Positions 62,883-64,000 of a stretch of 64,000 nucleotides of DNA are shown in pieces. This stretch comes from Lobosporangium transversale (lineage: Eukaryota): NCBI RefSeq assembly GCF_002105155.1, contig NW_019029004.1, positions 186,001 to 250,000 of the forward strand, given 5' to 3'. A program made the position numbers and the translations under genes. Numbering within the stretch: the stretch's first letter is position 1; every line of letters starts with the position of its first letter. The notes under the pieces are model-generated. The model did not search any database and had not been told where the DNA came from. It saw nothing but the letters and a program-made list of their open reading frames with translations.

Positions 62883-64000
62883 AAAAAGTAAACTAGTATA
62901 ATGTTGACCATTCATATTCTCCCAAAAAAAAAGAGTTTATTAAAAAAATGTCCATGTATATACTTTTTTCACGATAAGATTTGGTAATTTTCTCACGCTC
63001 CTTTTTGTAGCCATTATGATTTTGGGTTTTAAAAAGCAGTAACAATCACTTCATGAACTTCATAGTAGTGCCATATCTAAGTTATAAATCCCTCTGGATG
63101 TCAACCTTTTTCTTCTTTTTTAAAAAAACTTCGAGGATGACTCTGTACAGATAGATAATCGATAAAAATGGATCGAAGAATTGAGATTCTACAACACTTT
63201 AATGTTACAAAGAATATCGACCTGCCTTGATACCATCTTCAATTTTATATAACTACCATTTCAACTACTGGTTAGGGGAAGCATCCTTTTTTCCTTTTAT
63301 GCGGGGCTTTCCTCCGGTCTACACCCTTATTAGTGTGCTGTTCCCACGGATACAATTAGTTTTCTATGCTCTAACTTTAAACAGACCATGATTCTAGGCG
63401 AAGCACCTAGAAGAATCAGAATGACTATTTAGTTTGAACATCTGGCATGACACTTTGTGGCATTACGCATAATACTTCACAGCATTTAATAATTCCTAAA
63501 GGCCCTAGACTTATCTGTCATGGTCTGACACAACTTTAAGATCGTCAAAGATGTACCATATAGGCCGCTGCGACTTATATGACAACTAAGGTGCTATTTA
63601 GGTGGTAACTCATGGTACCTTTGTATATATTATGCCATCTGATTTGAAATAGAGACACTCCTCTTTGACTTATTGGGCCTTAGTTCTCAAAGGCTAGTAA
63701 GCTTGTTTGTAAAAGATTAGAGTATTGCAAAGTTGTTACGTATTCAACAGTTCGCAGGATCGTTAATACCAAAGCGCGTATCCCACTTAGGAATATTGTG
63801 CTAGAAACAAAAATGTTAAAATTTTCAACCGCGATTTTCTTCCATAGAGTGTAGAAAATAAATCCCATGACCCCTGAGGGTCCTTGTTATCAAAAAAATC
63901 AAATGCGATTTTCTTCAGAGACCATTATTAGCCGATCACACGCATCATGACACATATTACCCAAGATACAAGTTAGGGTTATGTGAATGCTTTGCTTTGC

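Noticed and set aside
62950..64000. Possible gene or transposon at the right edge
   Set aside because: No long ORF, terminal repeat or recognisable domain was found.

Overview
This is gene-dense eukaryotic nuclear DNA from a fungus. It has short GT-AG/GC-AG spliceosomal introns, CTAAC/CTGAT branch sites and very frequent 20-35 nt poly-A/poly-T runs. The gene content and style suggest an early-diverging fungus of the Mortierellaceae type, which is an inference and not a database result. I reconstructed about 16 protein-coding genes by hand: an RCC1-repeat mitochondrial protein, AVL9, a peroxisomal ANT1/PMP34-type carrier, an Rcf2/HIG1 protein, a 61-aa CSN9/CSNAP homolog absent from the ORF track, MetAP2, a PXA+Nexin_C protein, a Myb plus winged-helix protein, a large coiled-coil protein, an OSGIN-like flavoprotein, a DUF2415/Gid11-like WD40 protein with a C-terminal BC-box-like motif, SHO1, an IKS1-type kinase, two tandem kelch single-pass membrane paralogs, and ARG8. 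There is also a truncated gene end at the left edge and one orphan small ORF. No rRNA, tRNA, CRISPR array or intact mobile element was recognised, and the genes do not form an obvious functional cluster. The most notable items are the hidden three-exon CSN9-like microprotein gene with a GC-AG intron, the WD40/BC-box candidate ubiquitin-ligase adaptor, the Myb/winged-helix fusion, and introns whose 3' splice sites follow long poly-A runs.
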